From: Chiloscyllium plagiosum
Taxonomy: Eukaryota
Direction: 5' to 3'
Length of the DNA stretch: 64,000 bases
Assembly: GCF_004010195.1 (NCBI RefSeq)
Contig: NC_057718.1
Coordinates: forward strand, 18,437,689-18,501,688
Under the pieces are notes generated by a model. The model saw only the letters and a list, made by a program, of their open reading frames with translations, was not told where the DNA came from and ran no database searches. Positions 1 through 12,919 of the stretch are shown here, one piece after another. Positions within the stretch are counted from its first letter, which is position 1, and every line of letters starts with the position of its first letter. The translations under genes were made by a program, and so were the position numbers.

Positions 1-624
1 CATGCCAGTGGACACTATGTGCCCCCTCTTGAGAGATCCAAGTTTGGATGTAACCGTGAAAGAGGGGAAGATTGTCAGGTACAATGACCCTCCATTGCCC
101 ACTGCCTGGACTTTAGCCAGGCCTGGGAGCAGACCCGAGGAGAAGGCCCCCTGACTCGCTCACCACTCCCAACACAGGGTTTCTGTAAGTCAATAGTGTC
201 GGGCTGGTGCAACCAAATATTGAGAAGCAGCCCCTTTAGATAGCAAGCGATGAGCTGCAAATGTAAACAATCAACATTAATATGGAAAACAGTTTTTTCC
301 AGGCCACAAAAACCACTTATTTATTCAGTGATTACTTGGGACTCTTGCAACTCTCTCTATCCCAGATCCCAAATGGAAACAAGGTTATACAATATTGAAC
401 TTGAATTCAGACACCACCACCGGTTGCCCTGGTGAAATTTAAACTCAGGTCCTCCAGTATATAAACCTGGATTAATCATCAGCGTGGTAGCATTATAAGT
501 ACACCACATACTGTACACATCAGTTGAGACTGTTGGAATAACTGCAGATAGATAGTCTCAAGCCACCAATCTTCTGATTAACACCTGAACACACTGTCTA
601 ATGTACTAATTCTCAGGGAATGTT

Positions 625-895
625 GCATAGGCAGAGGTGAAATGTTAAACCAAGACCTCATCTGCGCTCTCAGAAAGAAATAGATCCCATGGAAGTAATC
701 TGAGGAAGAACAGGGAGTTGACCCTGGTGTCTCTGGCTAATACTTACGCTTCAAAATAGAATATCTGGTCGTCATCACATTGCTGTTTGCGAGAATTTTC
801 TGTTTCCAAATTGATGCCTCCAGTTCTTACTTTATAATAGTTACTGTACTTCAAAAGTACTTCTGCGAATCATTAAATAATATATAAATGCAATT
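625..895 (+). mobile_element. Deu-domain SINE (SacSINE1/AmnSINE-like), degenerate
   Basis: Deu-like core 'gggagttgaccctggtgtctctggctaat...tatctggtcgtcatcacattgctgtttg...acttcaaaagtactt' and a tail ending 'tatataaatgcaa'; homologous to 12285-12915 and 49500-49865. Confidence 0.7.
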
Positions 896-1709
896 TATTA
901 ACATAACAAATATCTTATATACAATTCTTATTATTCACAACAGGTATGTTCAAGTGAAAACATATACACGTAATAGTTATCTGAAATAGGAACAACTTTA
1001 TAAGATATTGACTTGACTTATTTTAAATAGGGAAATATTCATGCAAGAGAACATACTTCTCAAAAACACTGGGACCAGAACTTAAATATTCATGAAAGGA
1101 GGCTTTATTACTTAAATTGCTGTATAGATCAGTTCTTTCAATACAGTACATGGCAGTGAGGTCCCTCACCATACTTACAGTTACAGATTATATTCACAAC
1201 ATACATTTTATATCAACCATTCCGAGGTGCCAATGGGGTTATTCATAGGTTCCAGCGCCTTGATTTGCAATGGCAGGATATCCTTAGACTTTAATCTTTG
1301 CAATAAATGTTTCTGTCGATGCTTGCTGTTTTTGTGATCACAATAAATGACTGCTCAATTTAATTATGAATATTTTAAGGACTCTTTCTTATTCACCTCA
1401 TGTTACAGTTAAAGTTTCTGAACTTTTCAGGTGTCTTTGTAATTCAGCCTTTTCACTTTAGTCTTCATTGCCTTTTCCTTTCACTGTTTATATTTCCCTT
1501 CTGTCTCAAATACTTTACTCAACATTTCTGGTTTGCATTTAGGTTTCCAATTTTTTTCTTGTTTACTTATTCATGGGACATGGATGTCACTGGTTAGGCA
1601 GCATTTATTATCCATCCTTGACTGCCCAGAGGGCTGTTAAGAGTCAAGGGATAATACCATTACGCCATCGCCTCCCCACCACTTGGACCAATAAATCAAA
1701 ATCAAATTG

Positions 1710-2030
1710 AGTGGCGCAGTACCTCACTGGTTAGAACTGCTGCCTCACAGCACTAGGGATCTCAGTTCAATCCCAGCCTTTGGCAAATGTCTGTATGGGC
1801 TTTGCATGTTCTCCATGTGTATTTCCACCAGGTGCTTTGGTTTCCTTCCACAGTCTAAAATTGTGCAGGCTAGCTGGATTGGCCATGCTAAATTTTCCAG
1901 TGATGTTCAGGTTAGGTGGGTTAGCCATGGGAGGTGCAGGGTTACAGGAATAGGGTAAAGGATGGGAAGCTGTACGGTGGGTCGGTATGGGCTGAATGGC
2001 CTGTTTCCACATTGTAGGGAGTCTATGAAA
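1710..2030 (+). mobile_element. HE1-type V-SINE (tRNA-derived), diverged
   Basis: tRNA-like head 'ggttagaactgctgcctcacagc...gttcaatcc', V core 'ttggccatgctaaatt', CR1-like tail 'ggcctgtttccacattgtaggga'. Confidence 0.9.
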
Positions 2031-2606
2031 CTGTGAATAAATCAGTTTGAATCACGCAACATTGAGAATTTGAGGACTTTAAGTTAAATTAATAACAACT
2101 TGTAACTTTTGTTGCAACATTTGGCAATGAAGCAATTGACATTTGTTGCTCATTATGTCCATAGCTCCTCCTCTCCCAGAGAACATCATGCATTTGTCTG
2201 CAGTGGATACAAGGCTTGTGTGCCCTGTGTCTGTCACTGCAGAGTAGTACAGAGAATATAAAGTGCCCTCTTTACCAAACAGGAATAGCTGCAGCATGTG
2301 ATATTTCTGTGTATTGTGGGAATTAACCCTTATTTTGTCATTGTGTCCGGATCTTGACTGTCTACTTCCTAGAAAGAGAAACCAGGGGAGAACTGGCAGT
2401 TGACTTGCTGTTAATCTGTGTTACACAATTTCACACTGTCCCATTGAGTTTAATTTTAAGATCAGAAGTCATATCTGTAGTCTGCATGTTTACATGGGCT
2501 CATTCCTAGAGCTACTAGAGAAGTTTTGTGGCAGTAAGAACATGGGGAATACCTGGTCATGTATATGATGGAAAAAGTGATGGAACCTCTTCCATTACAT
2601 AGCTGA

Positions 2607-3142
2607 AAATGTGTTGCTGGAACAGCGCAGCAGGTCAGGCAGCATCCAGGGAACAGGAGAATCGACGTTTCGGGCATAAGCCCTTCTTCAGGAATGAGGA
2701 AGGTTTGTCCAGCAGGCTAAGATAAAAGGTAGGGAGGAGGGACTTGGGGGCGGGGCGTCGGAAATGTGATAGGTGGAAAGAGGTCAAGGTGAGGGTGATA
2801 GGTGAGACTGGGGTGGGGGCGGAGAGGTCGGGAAGAAGATTGCAGGTTAGGAAGGCGGTGCTGAATTTGATGGATTTGACTGAGACAAGGTGGGGGTAGG
2901 GGAAATGAGGAAACTGGTGAAATCCGTGTTCATCCCTTGTGGTTGGAGGGTTCCTAGGCGGGAGATGAGGCGCTCTTCCTCCAACCGTCGTGTTGTTGTG
3001 GTCTGGCGATGGAGGAGTCCAAAGACCTGCATATCCTTGGTGGAGTGGGAGGGGGAGTTGAAGTGTTGAGCCACTGGGTGGTTGGGTTGGTTGGTCCGGG
3101 TGTCCCAGAGGTGTTCTCTGAAACGCTCCGCAAGTAGGCTGA
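2607..3142 (-). mobile_element. Penelope-like element 3' fragment (GIY-YIG endonuclease C-terminus + pLTR)
   Basis: ORF 2847-3149 reads LAERFREHL..PVAQHFNSPSHS..RRLEEERLISRLGTLQPQGMN, a typical PLE GIY-YIG end; flanked by 15-bp TSD ccattacatagctga (2592-2606) / ccatcacatagctga (3143-3157). Confidence 0.92.
2659..2696 (-). ncRNA. Minimal type I hammerhead ribozyme motif in Penelope pLTR
   Basis: Minus strand reads CAUUC-CUGAAGA-A-GGGC-UUAU-GCCC-GAAA-CG-UC-GAUUC: CUGANGA box, stem II, GAAA box, GUC triplet, palindromic mini stem III. Confidence 0.75.
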
Positions 3143-3666
3143 CCATCACATAGCTGACCAGTTTCAGAAGGGATGTCAGAGCCTCTCACCAGCCACAGAC
3201 ACTTGGAGCGAGTGAACAGTAGCATCCCATCATTTCTAGATCCTGACTCTGTGTTCCTGATGGCCTTGTATTTTGGAAAGCATCAGGTTAGCAGGCAGCC
3301 TCTGTCCTACCCACTGTCCTATCAGAGATGGCAAGTTCCTGAGGGCATCAGTGGAACCCTCTACGATACAGATTCACAGCTCCAGTTGCTGAGGGTTGGC
3401 CCAATGCAGCAACAGGGAGGCACGTGCAGCCACTATTAGTACCTGTGGGGCAGCTAGAAGGTGAATGGCCATTGACGTCAGAAAGCATCCATTTCCGCTC
3501 CAACAGCTTGCTGTCTGGGCTGATGCTATTACTGTCAGTGAGCTCTTTCACCAGCCTTTAGCTGGTGAGAGGCTCTGACCTCCACTGTGAAGCTGCCTCC
3601 TCTTACCAGTTACTGGAGACTGGGTTCAGTGGGGTGATATTGCCCACTACTGGCAAAATCTGCACC

Positions 3667-3887
3667 TGTCATGTGCAGTGAGATCAGCCAGCTGGACCTC
3701 ATAGAGTATACATTGGGGCTGTTTACCTGCTCCAACCAGGGAACCCTGGCTGACACAAACAGATGAATATCAGTGATATTGCCCTCCCCCCGAATGCCTG
3801 ACTCAGAGAAGCAATGCTATTGTCCAAGGCATTTGTAAATAAAAAGAGATTGATGATAGGATGCTTGCCTTTGAAGAATTATTTCAC
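3667..3887 (+). mobile_element. Short solo-LTR-like segment
   Basis: TG...CA ends (tgtcatg...ttatttca) with AATAAA near the 3' end; no clean TSD. Confidence 0.4.
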
Positions 3888-4695
3888 CGTCTCAAGTGGC
3901 TTCATTATCTCCTTGAAGCTGCCATGCAGTTAACCACTACCACCAATAGCCTACCTTCAGGTCGAGGGGTCAGAGATGGGAAGGCAGTGCGGAGCCACTC
4001 TGATGTGAAATATCCTGGATTTTGGCCATCTGCCCACCCCCAGTATAACAGCTCAACAGGACTCAGGAAGTTCAGCGCTATGTATTGGTAGCTAGGTGTC
4101 CCTTTGCACTGATAGTTCAACATTCTTGAGCGTGATAAAATACAGTCAACAGGGCAAGTGTTTCTGGTGGAATGATAAATTGTGGAAACGAGACCTGAGT
4201 GCTTCCTTTAAGTGTTTGGAGACTGTACAGAATATTGTGTCTGCTGCTTGTAAAGGAGCAAGGTAATTGCTTTCACTTTGTGTGCCTTATGCTTCTGGTG
4301 ACTGGTTATGGTGACGTTCACACGGCAGGATTAAGGGTCCTGGAGTCATTATGTGGAGTCTATCAAGAGATCATTTGCTGTTGATTACCCAGCAATGCCT
4401 TTGTTCAGAATGGATTATAATCAGCTAAATGAATGCCAGCACCACATTAAATGTTTCACAGCCGATTGCTAATTACTCTTCACTTTTTAGAATTCGCATT
4501 TCCGCCAGTAACATCGTTATTTCCCCACATGTGTGATGCCCAAGCAATTGCCTCCCCACTACAATAAAATTGTTTGTGTAAACTGAAAGCTGTATTGATT
4601 TTTTTTATGGAAAACCCCAGGTAAGGGACAGAGGTCCACCAAGATTAAAAACTAGAGGAAACAGGAGGTGCTACATCAAGGAGCAGAGTTGAGGT

Positions 4696-4831
4696 CAGAA
4701 GACACACGACACCAGGTTATAGTCTAACAGATTTATGTGAAATTGCAAGCTTTCAGAGCACTGTTCCTTTATCGGGTGAAGTCAGATTTCTGACCTTGTC
4801 CATCCCAGTCCAACACCAGGCACCTCCAAAT
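4696..4831. mobile_element. Short Penelope-derived insertion with decayed hammerhead
   Basis: 12-bp TSD cagagttgaggt (4684-4695, 4832-4843); minus strand 'cccgataaaggaacagtgctctgaaagcttg' is a decayed CUGAUGA..GAAA motif; short inverted repeat aggtcagaa/ttctgacct plus a 35-nt tail. Confidence 0.7.
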
Positions 4832-5351
4832 CAGAGTTGAGGTGACATCAAATTTAGGTTTTGAAAGTCATCAGGGCAAGGGTCAAAGGTCAAATGAGAT
4901 GGGAAAATTTGGATGGGAGCGGTGCACTCTCAGTAAGACAACCCGTTTGAGCGTTTGTAACACCAAGGTGCTCTATCCTGCCTGGGCCCGATTTGATTGG
5001 GCAAAATCAAAATCTTTTTGAAAGGGAAATCGTGTTTGACAAATTTGTGAAAGATTTTTGAGGGTGCAATTAACAGGGTAGGCAAATAACAATCAGTAGA
5101 TTTTCATTAAGAGTTCTTGTATATGAATCACAGGAAGTTAATCATGTTATAGTATTATAAAATGAGAATGAGGCCATTCATTACCTTGACTCCATGTTGA
5201 TTCTCTGCAAGAACAATTTTGCTGATCCCACTGCACCACTCCTTTCCACATAGCAATTTTATTCCCAACATATGCTTATCCAACTCCCTTATGAAAGCGT
5301 TTACTGTATCTGTTGCCACCAGTTGTTGGAGGTCAGCCATCTCTTTTTCAA

Positions 5352-6030
5352 GACATCTCTGCAGGAGTTCCTCAGGGTAGTGTCCCAGCCTGAACCATTT
5401 TCAGCTGCTTCATCAATGACCTCCTCTCCATCATAAGGTAAGAAATGGGGATTCTCACTGATGATTGCAAACATTTCAGCACTATTCACAACTTCTCAGA
5501 CACTGAAGCAGTCCATGTTTCAATGCAGCAAGATCTGGACAATATCCAGGCTTGGGTTGACAAGCGGTAATTAACATTCACGCCACATAAATGCCAGGCT
5601 GTGACGATCACCAATAAGAGGCAATCTAACCACACCCCTATGACATTCAATGGTGTTAATGAGTCGCCAACTATCAATATCCTGAGGGTCACCATTGACC
5701 AGAAACTCAATTGGAGTCACCACAGAGCTGGTCAGAGCTAGGAATACTGTAACGAGTAACTCACCTCCTGACTCCTCAAAGCCTGTCCATCATCTACAAG
5801 GCACAAGTCAGGAGTGTGATGGAATATTCCCCATTTGCCTGGATGGGTTTAGCTCCAACAACACTTAAGAAACCTACACCATCTGAGACAAAGCAGTCCA
5901 CTTGGAAATATATTACCATTCTTTCACTGTCGCTGGGTCAAAGGCAGCTCACCACCACCTTCTCAAGGGCAACTAGGGACTGGCAGTAAAAAACTGCTGG
6001 GCCACCGGAGACACCCACATTCCACAAAAT
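5352..6030 (+). mobile_element. CR1-clade LINE 3' part (degenerate RT and 3' tail)
   Basis: ISAGVPQGSV..FSCFINDL..DDC RT motifs with frameshifts; tail 'aaggcagctcaccaccaccttctcaagggcaactaggg' recurs at 31645 and 36925, and inverted near 31050 and 42450. Confidence 0.8.
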
Positions 6031-7849
6031 AACTTTTAAAAAACCCGCTGGAATGTGGTTGACTTGTAACTGTTCTCTGGGCAATTACAGATGGGCAATA
6101 AAAACTGGCTTGGCCAGCGACGACCGCATCCCATGAGTGAATAAAGAAAAACCTTTTTTTAACCTGAAAGTGTTTTGCCCACATTTGGATAAGGTACTGC
6201 AGTTAAGGCCAGACTAGTGTTTTATAAAGATATGGCTCAATTTGCAAAGTCCAAAACCTGACAAACCTCTGAGGCTATCTTCTCAACATATCATGTCACC
6301 GTCAATTATTTGTGACCTCAAATAAAGGTACCCACAAAACCCTAGCAATTTCTGGGGTGTGGACGTTGTATGACCTTGTTGAATGGCAGAACAGGCTTGA
6401 GGGAGCGTACAGTCCACCCATGACCCAATTTCTTACGTCTTCTGTTATTGTAATGACATTTTCAAAATGCTACAATATGTTCCAGGGCTGCAAATGTTGT
6501 CAGAAATAGCTTACAATATCGTGTCAATCCCAATAATGTAGCAGCTTTAAACTTTCCACCTGAGCAATATGTTTGGCGCATTGTGTTTTTTTTCAGTTCA
6601 CATAGGCCATGGTACTTGGCTAGGCAAAAAATGAGCACAAGGCACACACAGCTTTCCAGCTCATCTCAGGGTGTTGGAATCAGTTCACTTAAAGAGATAA
6701 AATGGCACGCAGTTTGTAAAGTCACAGATGGCTAGTTGCACTGTCACTTCCCTTCATTTACTGCCCGCTGCTGTTTTGTCATTTTATTTCTCCTGAGATG
6801 CACGAATCAATGTGATCCTGATTAAAATTGTGCTATTTTATGGCCTGCTTACCTCTGTGAATGATAATCCTTTGTTAATGCCAAATGAAAACCAGTTTTA
6901 GTGCTTTATTTGTTTCAGATTTTATCTGTCATGTTAAGGCACTTTATTCACTTAAGAGGACCATTGAGGAAATTTTGCAACAGCTCAGGAATCTGGGGAA
7001 TTGAAAGCAAAAAAAAATATGTTTCCAATTATATCTGTAACCACGATGAAATAAGTAAGGGCCTGAAATACACACATAAACTCCAATTACTATTTGTTTG
7101 TCCATTGTAGGAATTCAGATTTCGTATAGGCTCTGGGAAACAATTTAGCTGGTTTATGAAGACTTTAGTGCTTTGCCTGTCACTGCACATTTAAGTTATG
7201 AGCCTGTCAGCAGGTAGCTTGTTAGCTTCAGCTGAGCGATCTTGAATACTAAAGAGAAAACATGCACATTTATTCAGAAGGTTACATTTGGAAGTCTAAT
7301 ATTAAAAGAGCACGGTCAGATATTGAAAGTCAAGGAAGCACCAGTCGCAGAATATTGGCCTGACAATCCACTGATCAATTCAGGTCAAGAAAGACTTGCA
7401 ATCGTGTAGCACCTTTCCTGGCCTGAGGTCACTCCAAACCACTTTATGGCCAATTAAAAGTACCTTTGAATCGTAGTTACTGTTGTAATATAGGAGACAT
7501 GGCAGTGAGGGTTGTCAGTGCTCCAAGATTGGCCTGGAAACCCAGGGAATTGAAATCAATCTCCGAGGCACTACTATGTGCAGTGGAGACAGTCTCTCGG
7601 ACATTTTCAAAAGTTTTTGCTTGTCGTTTTGTTTCAACATTTCTCTTCACCACATGCAAAAATGTCCCAAATGGGGGAAAATACTGTTTTGCTTGCAGCC
7701 AGGCATCCTTCAAACTGGTAATGAGTCTTTTTATTTCCCAAATGGTATTGGAAGGCAATGTTTGGCTGACTAATAGCTGGAGTGCTGGGCAACTCAGGTG
7801 ATGAAACCTCTAGGATTAAATTGAATTGCAGTTAGCAGCCTTAAATAGA

Positions 7850-8118
7850 GTGGTATGGTGGCTCAGCAGTTAGCACTGCTTTTTCACAGCTCCAGGGACC
7901 TTGGTTCAATTCCAGCCTTGGGTGACTGTGTGGAGTTTACACATTGTCTGTGTGAGTTTCCTCTGGGTGCTCTGGTTTCCTTCTGCAAGCCAAAGGTGAA
8001 TTGGCTATGCTAAATTGTCCATAGTGTTCAGAGATGTGTAGGTTGGGTGGGGTTTTCTTTTGAGTGTAAGTGTGGTCTTGTTGGGTCAAAGGGCTTGTGT
8101 CCACACTGTAGGGATACT
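7850..8118 (+). mobile_element. HE1-type V-SINE
   Basis: Head 'ggtggctcagcagttagcactgct', core 'ttggctatgctaaattg', tail 'ccacactgtaggga'. Confidence 0.9.
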
Positions 8119-8887
8119 GTATATAAAATGTATCCAATTTTGGCAGTCTAGTCAAACAAAAAAAACTACAATAATTATCAGGGAATTTATTTATATTAGT
8201 TCATACTGGCTGTTGGGAGGAGGTGAGAATGTGGAGTTGAGGCCATGATCTTATCAAATGGGGATCTAGGCTAGTGGATCTGATTGGCCTACTCCTTATT
8301 CCTAATTTAAATAGTAGTGACATTGCATTAGGAATAAGTATTGCCTGGGTGATATGGTCCCAGCTGATGGTATTACTGTTCGAGTGAAATCTCAAATTGA
8401 AATCTGATTTGATAGATCACATATTGTTTTCTCTTTTTCTTTCATTTTAACAAAGCAAATCTTTCATTGGAACACATGTGTGCAATGCCACAGAATATGT
8501 GTCATTAGTTCAAAACCGAAACTCCAAAACAAATGATATTAAAATATAGAGTCAGACATTTTATGTCGCACGACCCTCTTCCCCAAAGAATAATGGAAAT
8601 ATATCCTGGAGAAGCATTTTCATTACTCATCACAAGTGATCTTAACACTATTGTTAAGTCACGCTAACAGTCATAACATATTTCCGTTAAATATACATGA
8701 GTTACACAGTAACCATGCTTTACATAAGTCCCATGGACATGAGATGATGCCGTGGTTTTAAGAAGTTAATTTTGTCCTGGTTTCTTTTAAGAGATTGAAT
8801 AACAGGTGTCGGGCAGTCTGTTGCAAAGTAAACAGCTTGTGAGGCCTTGGGTATTTTTTAAAAGTTGGAACAATAGAAGCAGCCAGG

Positions 8888-9335
8888 ATGGAACGGCTGA
8901 GGATCCTGGGATTGTGTTCATTGGAGTTTAGAAGATTAAGGGGAGATCTAATAGAAACTTACAAGATAATACATGGCTTGGAGAGGGTGGACGCTAGGAA
9001 ATTGTTTCTGTTAGGCGAGGAGACGAGGACCCGTGGACACAGCCTTAGAATTAGAGGGGGTAAATTCAGCACAGAAATGTGGAGACATTTCTTCAGCCAG
9101 AGAGTGGTGGGCCTGTGGAATTCATTGCCGCAGAGTGCAGTGGAGGCTGGGACGCTAAATGTCTTCAAGGCAGAAATTGATAAATTCTTGATGTCACAAG
9201 GAATTAAGGGCTACGGGGAGAATGCGGGTAAGTGGAGTTGAAATGCTCATCAACCATGATTGAATGGCGGAGTGGTGTCGATGGGCCAAATGGTCTTACT
9301 TCCACTCCTATGTCTTATGGTCTTATGGTCTTATG
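8888..9335 (+). mobile_element. CR1/HER1 LINE 3' end, young and 5'-truncated
   Basis: Uninterrupted ORF2 C-terminus ERLRILGLCSLEFRRLRGDLIETYKI..TRGHSL..FFSQRVVGLWNSLP followed by a (TCTTATGG)3 tail. Confidence 0.95.
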
Positions 9336-10005
9336 GGTGTGACTAGCTCTCACAGACCAGGATTTCTACTTCTGTTTAGCCTACAGTTGGAACCAGGCCA
9401 AAAATCGCTGGAGTCTTGAAGAAGTAGAAGTTATATTTTCCCCTCTCTTGGTTACAGCAAGAAGCTAGGGTTCCTCTTCCTGCTAAGGCATTGCATGTGA
9501 GAAAATCTGATTTCTGAATTTGCCTTGTTTGCAAAGTGGCTTGTTTATTGGATGATACCATATTGGAGAGTGTCGTGGAAATTAAATCGACTTGACTCAA
9601 CTATTAGCAAGAGCAAAGAAAGGAGCTTTAATTGTTACCTCTGCAGAAGTGACTCCAGTACACAAATGCTAGATGCCTTCATGTAAAGGAGTGCCTTAAC
9701 ATGGTACAGACACTTGCTTTATTCTGTTTCTTATCATGCTTTCAAGGGAAAACCTCCTAGTCTTAGACATAACAGTTCTTTAGCTTTCGCTGAGTTCGAC
9801 TATTGCAAGGTCGAGTTGAATGTTTATCGAATTCAAACAGAGATAAGCTGACTACAGGCCTTCATCAAAGTATTGTTTAACTTATACAGCATTAAGTTAA
9901 AGAAAAGCATTCTCTTTCAAATTTCACAGTAAATGGATAATTAATTTCACAGTAAATGGATAATTTTCCATTACAAGAATTAGTTACTGTATCTGTTATT
10001 TTGAT

Positions 10006-10310
10006 TAGATTGGATTTCGATTAGATTCGATTACTTACAGTGTGGAAAGAGGCCCTTTGGCCCAACAAGTCCACACCGACCCGCCGAAGAGCAACCCACC
10101 CAGACCCGTTCCCCTACACTTCCCCCTTCACCTAACACTATGGGCAATTTAGCCTGGCCAATTCACCTGACCTGCACATTTTTGGACTGTGGGAGGAAAC
10201 CGGAGCACCCGGAGGAAACCCACGCAGACACGGGGAGAATGTGCAAACTCCACACAGTCAGTCGCCTGAGGCGGGAATTGAACCCGGGTCTCTGGCACTG
10301 TGAGGCAGCA
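10006..10310 (-). mobile_element. HE1-type V-SINE, young subfamily, head truncated
   Basis: Close reverse-complement match to the copy at 53585-53894. Confidence 0.95.
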
Positions 10311-10531
10311 GTTTTTGTTAAGTTTTCCAATAAAATTAACTTATTCTAAGTCCTTCTTTCTTTTGTTGTATTTTAACTCTAGTGTTTGAAAAAATTGTAT
10401 TTTGTTTCACGTCAAGCAGTTTGACCAGTCGAATGGTATCTGAGCACAGCACTTTGTCTTCAAGATAAGAAAAAGTTACGGTCTAAGCTATCATTTAAGA
10501 TATTTTGAGGAAGCCTGGTCTGGTCCATAAC

Positions 10532-11930
10532 AGGCATCCACATCAATGTTCTTCTCTTGCATTCTTGATAACTTCCATTATAACATTTGTTTCCAGGCAT
10601 ATGAACAATGTTCAAATTGCGCAGCTGGAGAATTCAACTTCACTGAAATAATCATATGTCGTGACCTGAAATTTTATGAAGTAAATCGTAGGCTTATGTT
10701 ACAAGTAAATCAGTTTCTTCCGTGTTGTTGCTGATGTATTTCTTGCAGATGTAGACCTAAGACAAGACTCAATGTCTCTTTTTCCAAAAGGTGAATACTT
10801 TGGTGACATGTGGTTAATTTCTTTGGAAAAATGAATGACAGCCCATTCAATCCCAATGTCATCATCAATCCCTATGACATTATCATTCAATCCCTATCTC
10901 ATTATCTTGCAGTGGATATCTCTGGTTTCAATTGCTTGTTTGAATGGCCTCTCGTAATTAGGTGCAGGTAAAACCAGTCCATTTTTTGGCACAGCTTTCA
11001 AGTTTTCAAAGGCACATCAACACACTGGTGTCCACTCAAATTCCTGCCTTTCTTCATCAAATTTGTTAAAGATGCAACAATAGTGCTGAAGTTCCAAATC
11101 TACTCATGCCAGCATAATACAAAATTTCATGTTCACCCTAGGCTTGGGAAATTCCAAAATAACCCCTACTCTTACTTGAGTAATGCCGCTTGTCATTGCA
11201 CCTCCACCCCTCCCCCCCCCAAAAAAAAAACCCAATGTGGCTCAAATGAGTCATCATTAAATCATAGAACCTCTACTGTTGGAAGCAGACCACTTGGCCC
11301 AGCATGTTCGCACCAACGCTCTGAAAAGTATCTCATGCAGACCCACCCCTTCCATCCTATCCCTATAACCCCACATTTCCCATGGCTTATTCACCTAGCA
11401 TGCACATCACTGGGTACAGTGGGCAAGTTAGCATGGCCAATCCACCTAACCTTCATGTCTTTAGACTGTGAGAGGAAACTGGAGCACCCAGAGGAAACCC
11501 ACGCAGACACAGGGAGAATATACTGGCTGGAATCAAACCAGTGTCCCTGGTGCTGTGAGGCCACAGAGCTGACCATTGAGCAAAACTGCCACTCCTTTAA
11601 TTAACTTTTGGGCAGATTTACAATGCTGGCCAAACACTCCAGTCAAATGGTTAATTATTCTTCCCAAGTTTGGCTTAAAATATCCAAATCGTTGATGCAA
11701 ACAATACAGTTCCACAGACCTTTAATGACATAATGGGTTAAGCATTGGGCTGTTGCTGGTGTATTTATTTTGTTCCAAACTGACATAACATTGCATTGAT
11801 AAAGCATGTCTGGTGGTGACTGGGATCTATCGTCCAGTCAATCTGGTCAATCAGCCTTTTAAACAATGACCTGAGACGCTGACAATGGGGCTCCACTTTT
11901 ACAATCAACCCCTCTCTTTTAGATGCTGTC
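10532..11930 (-). mobile_element. Degenerate Gypsy (Ty3) pol: RT and RNase H
   Basis: Minus-strand fragments WSPIVSV (RT start), NFSTIVASLTNLMKKG, AFENLKA..LPAPNYERPFK, DDIGIEWAVIHFSKEIN resemble Gypsy RT/RNase H; many stops and frameshifts; split by HE1 at 11262-11597. Confidence 0.8.
11262..11597 (-). mobile_element. HE1-type V-SINE
   Basis: 'gactgtgagaggaaactggagcacccagaggaaacccacgcagacac' is the reverse HE1 core. Confidence 0.9.
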
Positions 11931-12284
11931 TTCCTTGTTGCGCTTTCATGTTGTGGTCCTGGTTGGCTCCATGAACTGAGCCTGACTAAGTAAAATTATC
12001 TCTTTTAGGCCGTTGCAAGTAATTTTTTTTTATGAAAATAGGGTTCTATAACTTTTCAATTAGAAAGAATGAAGTAAGAATACTAATAGCTGCCCATATG
12101 CTTCCTTCAAGTTGAAGCAGCTCTCAGAGTTACACAGAGGGTTACTCTGCCTTAGCAATCGATGGCATTCCAAAGCACACAGTCAAAGATACCTTATGGT
12201 TGGGGAGTGCTAAAGTGTGTGGGGCAGCTGACTGACCACCAGCGGGATGACGGGTCATCAACCTCAATGTGTTACACACACAGG

Positions 12285-12915
12285 CCTGAGTGAGAAGCTG
12301 GTGGGTTCAAGCCTTATGCCAGGGATGTGAGTACAAAGTCAAGATTGGCACACCAGTGCAATACCGAGGATGTGCAGTGCTGTTGAAGATGACTCTTTTT
12401 GTATTGAATGATAAATCAGATACCATTTTGTCTCTCTGGAGAATATAAACGACCTGCTCTCTCAAGTAGACATAAAAGCTATTATTTTTTAGAAAATGAG
12501 GAAGGCTCTGTTTGGTGTCCTGGCTGATGTTGATCCACAAGCATCATCACTGAAACAGATTATCTGGGCATTTATTGTATTGCTGTTTGTGGGAGATGGA
12601 TGAGTACAAATTGGCTGCTGTATCTTCTATATTATAGTCGAGACTGTGGTGCTGGAAAAGCATAGCAGGTCAGGCAGCATCCGTGGAGCAGGGCAATCCC
12701 AAAACATCGATTCTCTTGCTCCTGGGCTGCTGCCTGACCTGTTGTGCTTTTCCAGCACCACACTCTCGACTCCGATCTCCAGTATCTGCAGTCCTCACTT
12801 TCACCTCTTCTATATTACAGCAGAGGCTACACTTCAGAAGTATTTTATCGACTGCAAAGTTCTTCAAAACACCCTAAGGTCATGAAAGGTGCAACATAAA
12901 ATCAAATCCTTTCTC
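12285..12915 (+). mobile_element. Deu-domain SINE hosting a Penelope palindrome
   Basis: tRNA-like 'gtgggttcaagcc' head, Deu core 'ggtgtcctggctgatg..cagattatctgggcatttattgtattgctgtttgtgggag', tail 'ggtcatgaaaggtgc'. Confidence 0.75.
12638..12805 (+). mobile_element. Penelope-derived fold-back insertion (ribozyme core deleted)
   Basis: 15-bp TSD tcttctatattatag (12623-12637) / tcttctatattacag (12806-12820); inverted arms gtcgagactgtggtgctggaaaag.. / ..cttttccagcaccacactctcgac; 35-nt tail at 12771-12805. Confidence 0.85.
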
Positions 12916-12919
12916 TGTG

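Larger units (their letters stand above)
8730..10531 (+). mobile_element. LTR-like segment interrupted by CR1 and HE1 insertions
   Basis: Ends 'ggtctggtccataaca' with AATAAA and a T-rich U5-like stretch; sequence rejoins across the CR1 insertion (gcagccagg|atgggtgtgactagc). Confidence 0.5.

Noticed and set aside
7466..7801. Overlapping ORFs on both strands (93-111 aa)
   Set aside because: No recognisable domain or convincing splice context, and one end overlaps a SINE tail
10140..10349. Recurrent peptide family 'CGRKPEHPEETHADTGRMCKLHT'
   Set aside because: Antisense translation of HE1 SINE copies, not a gene family
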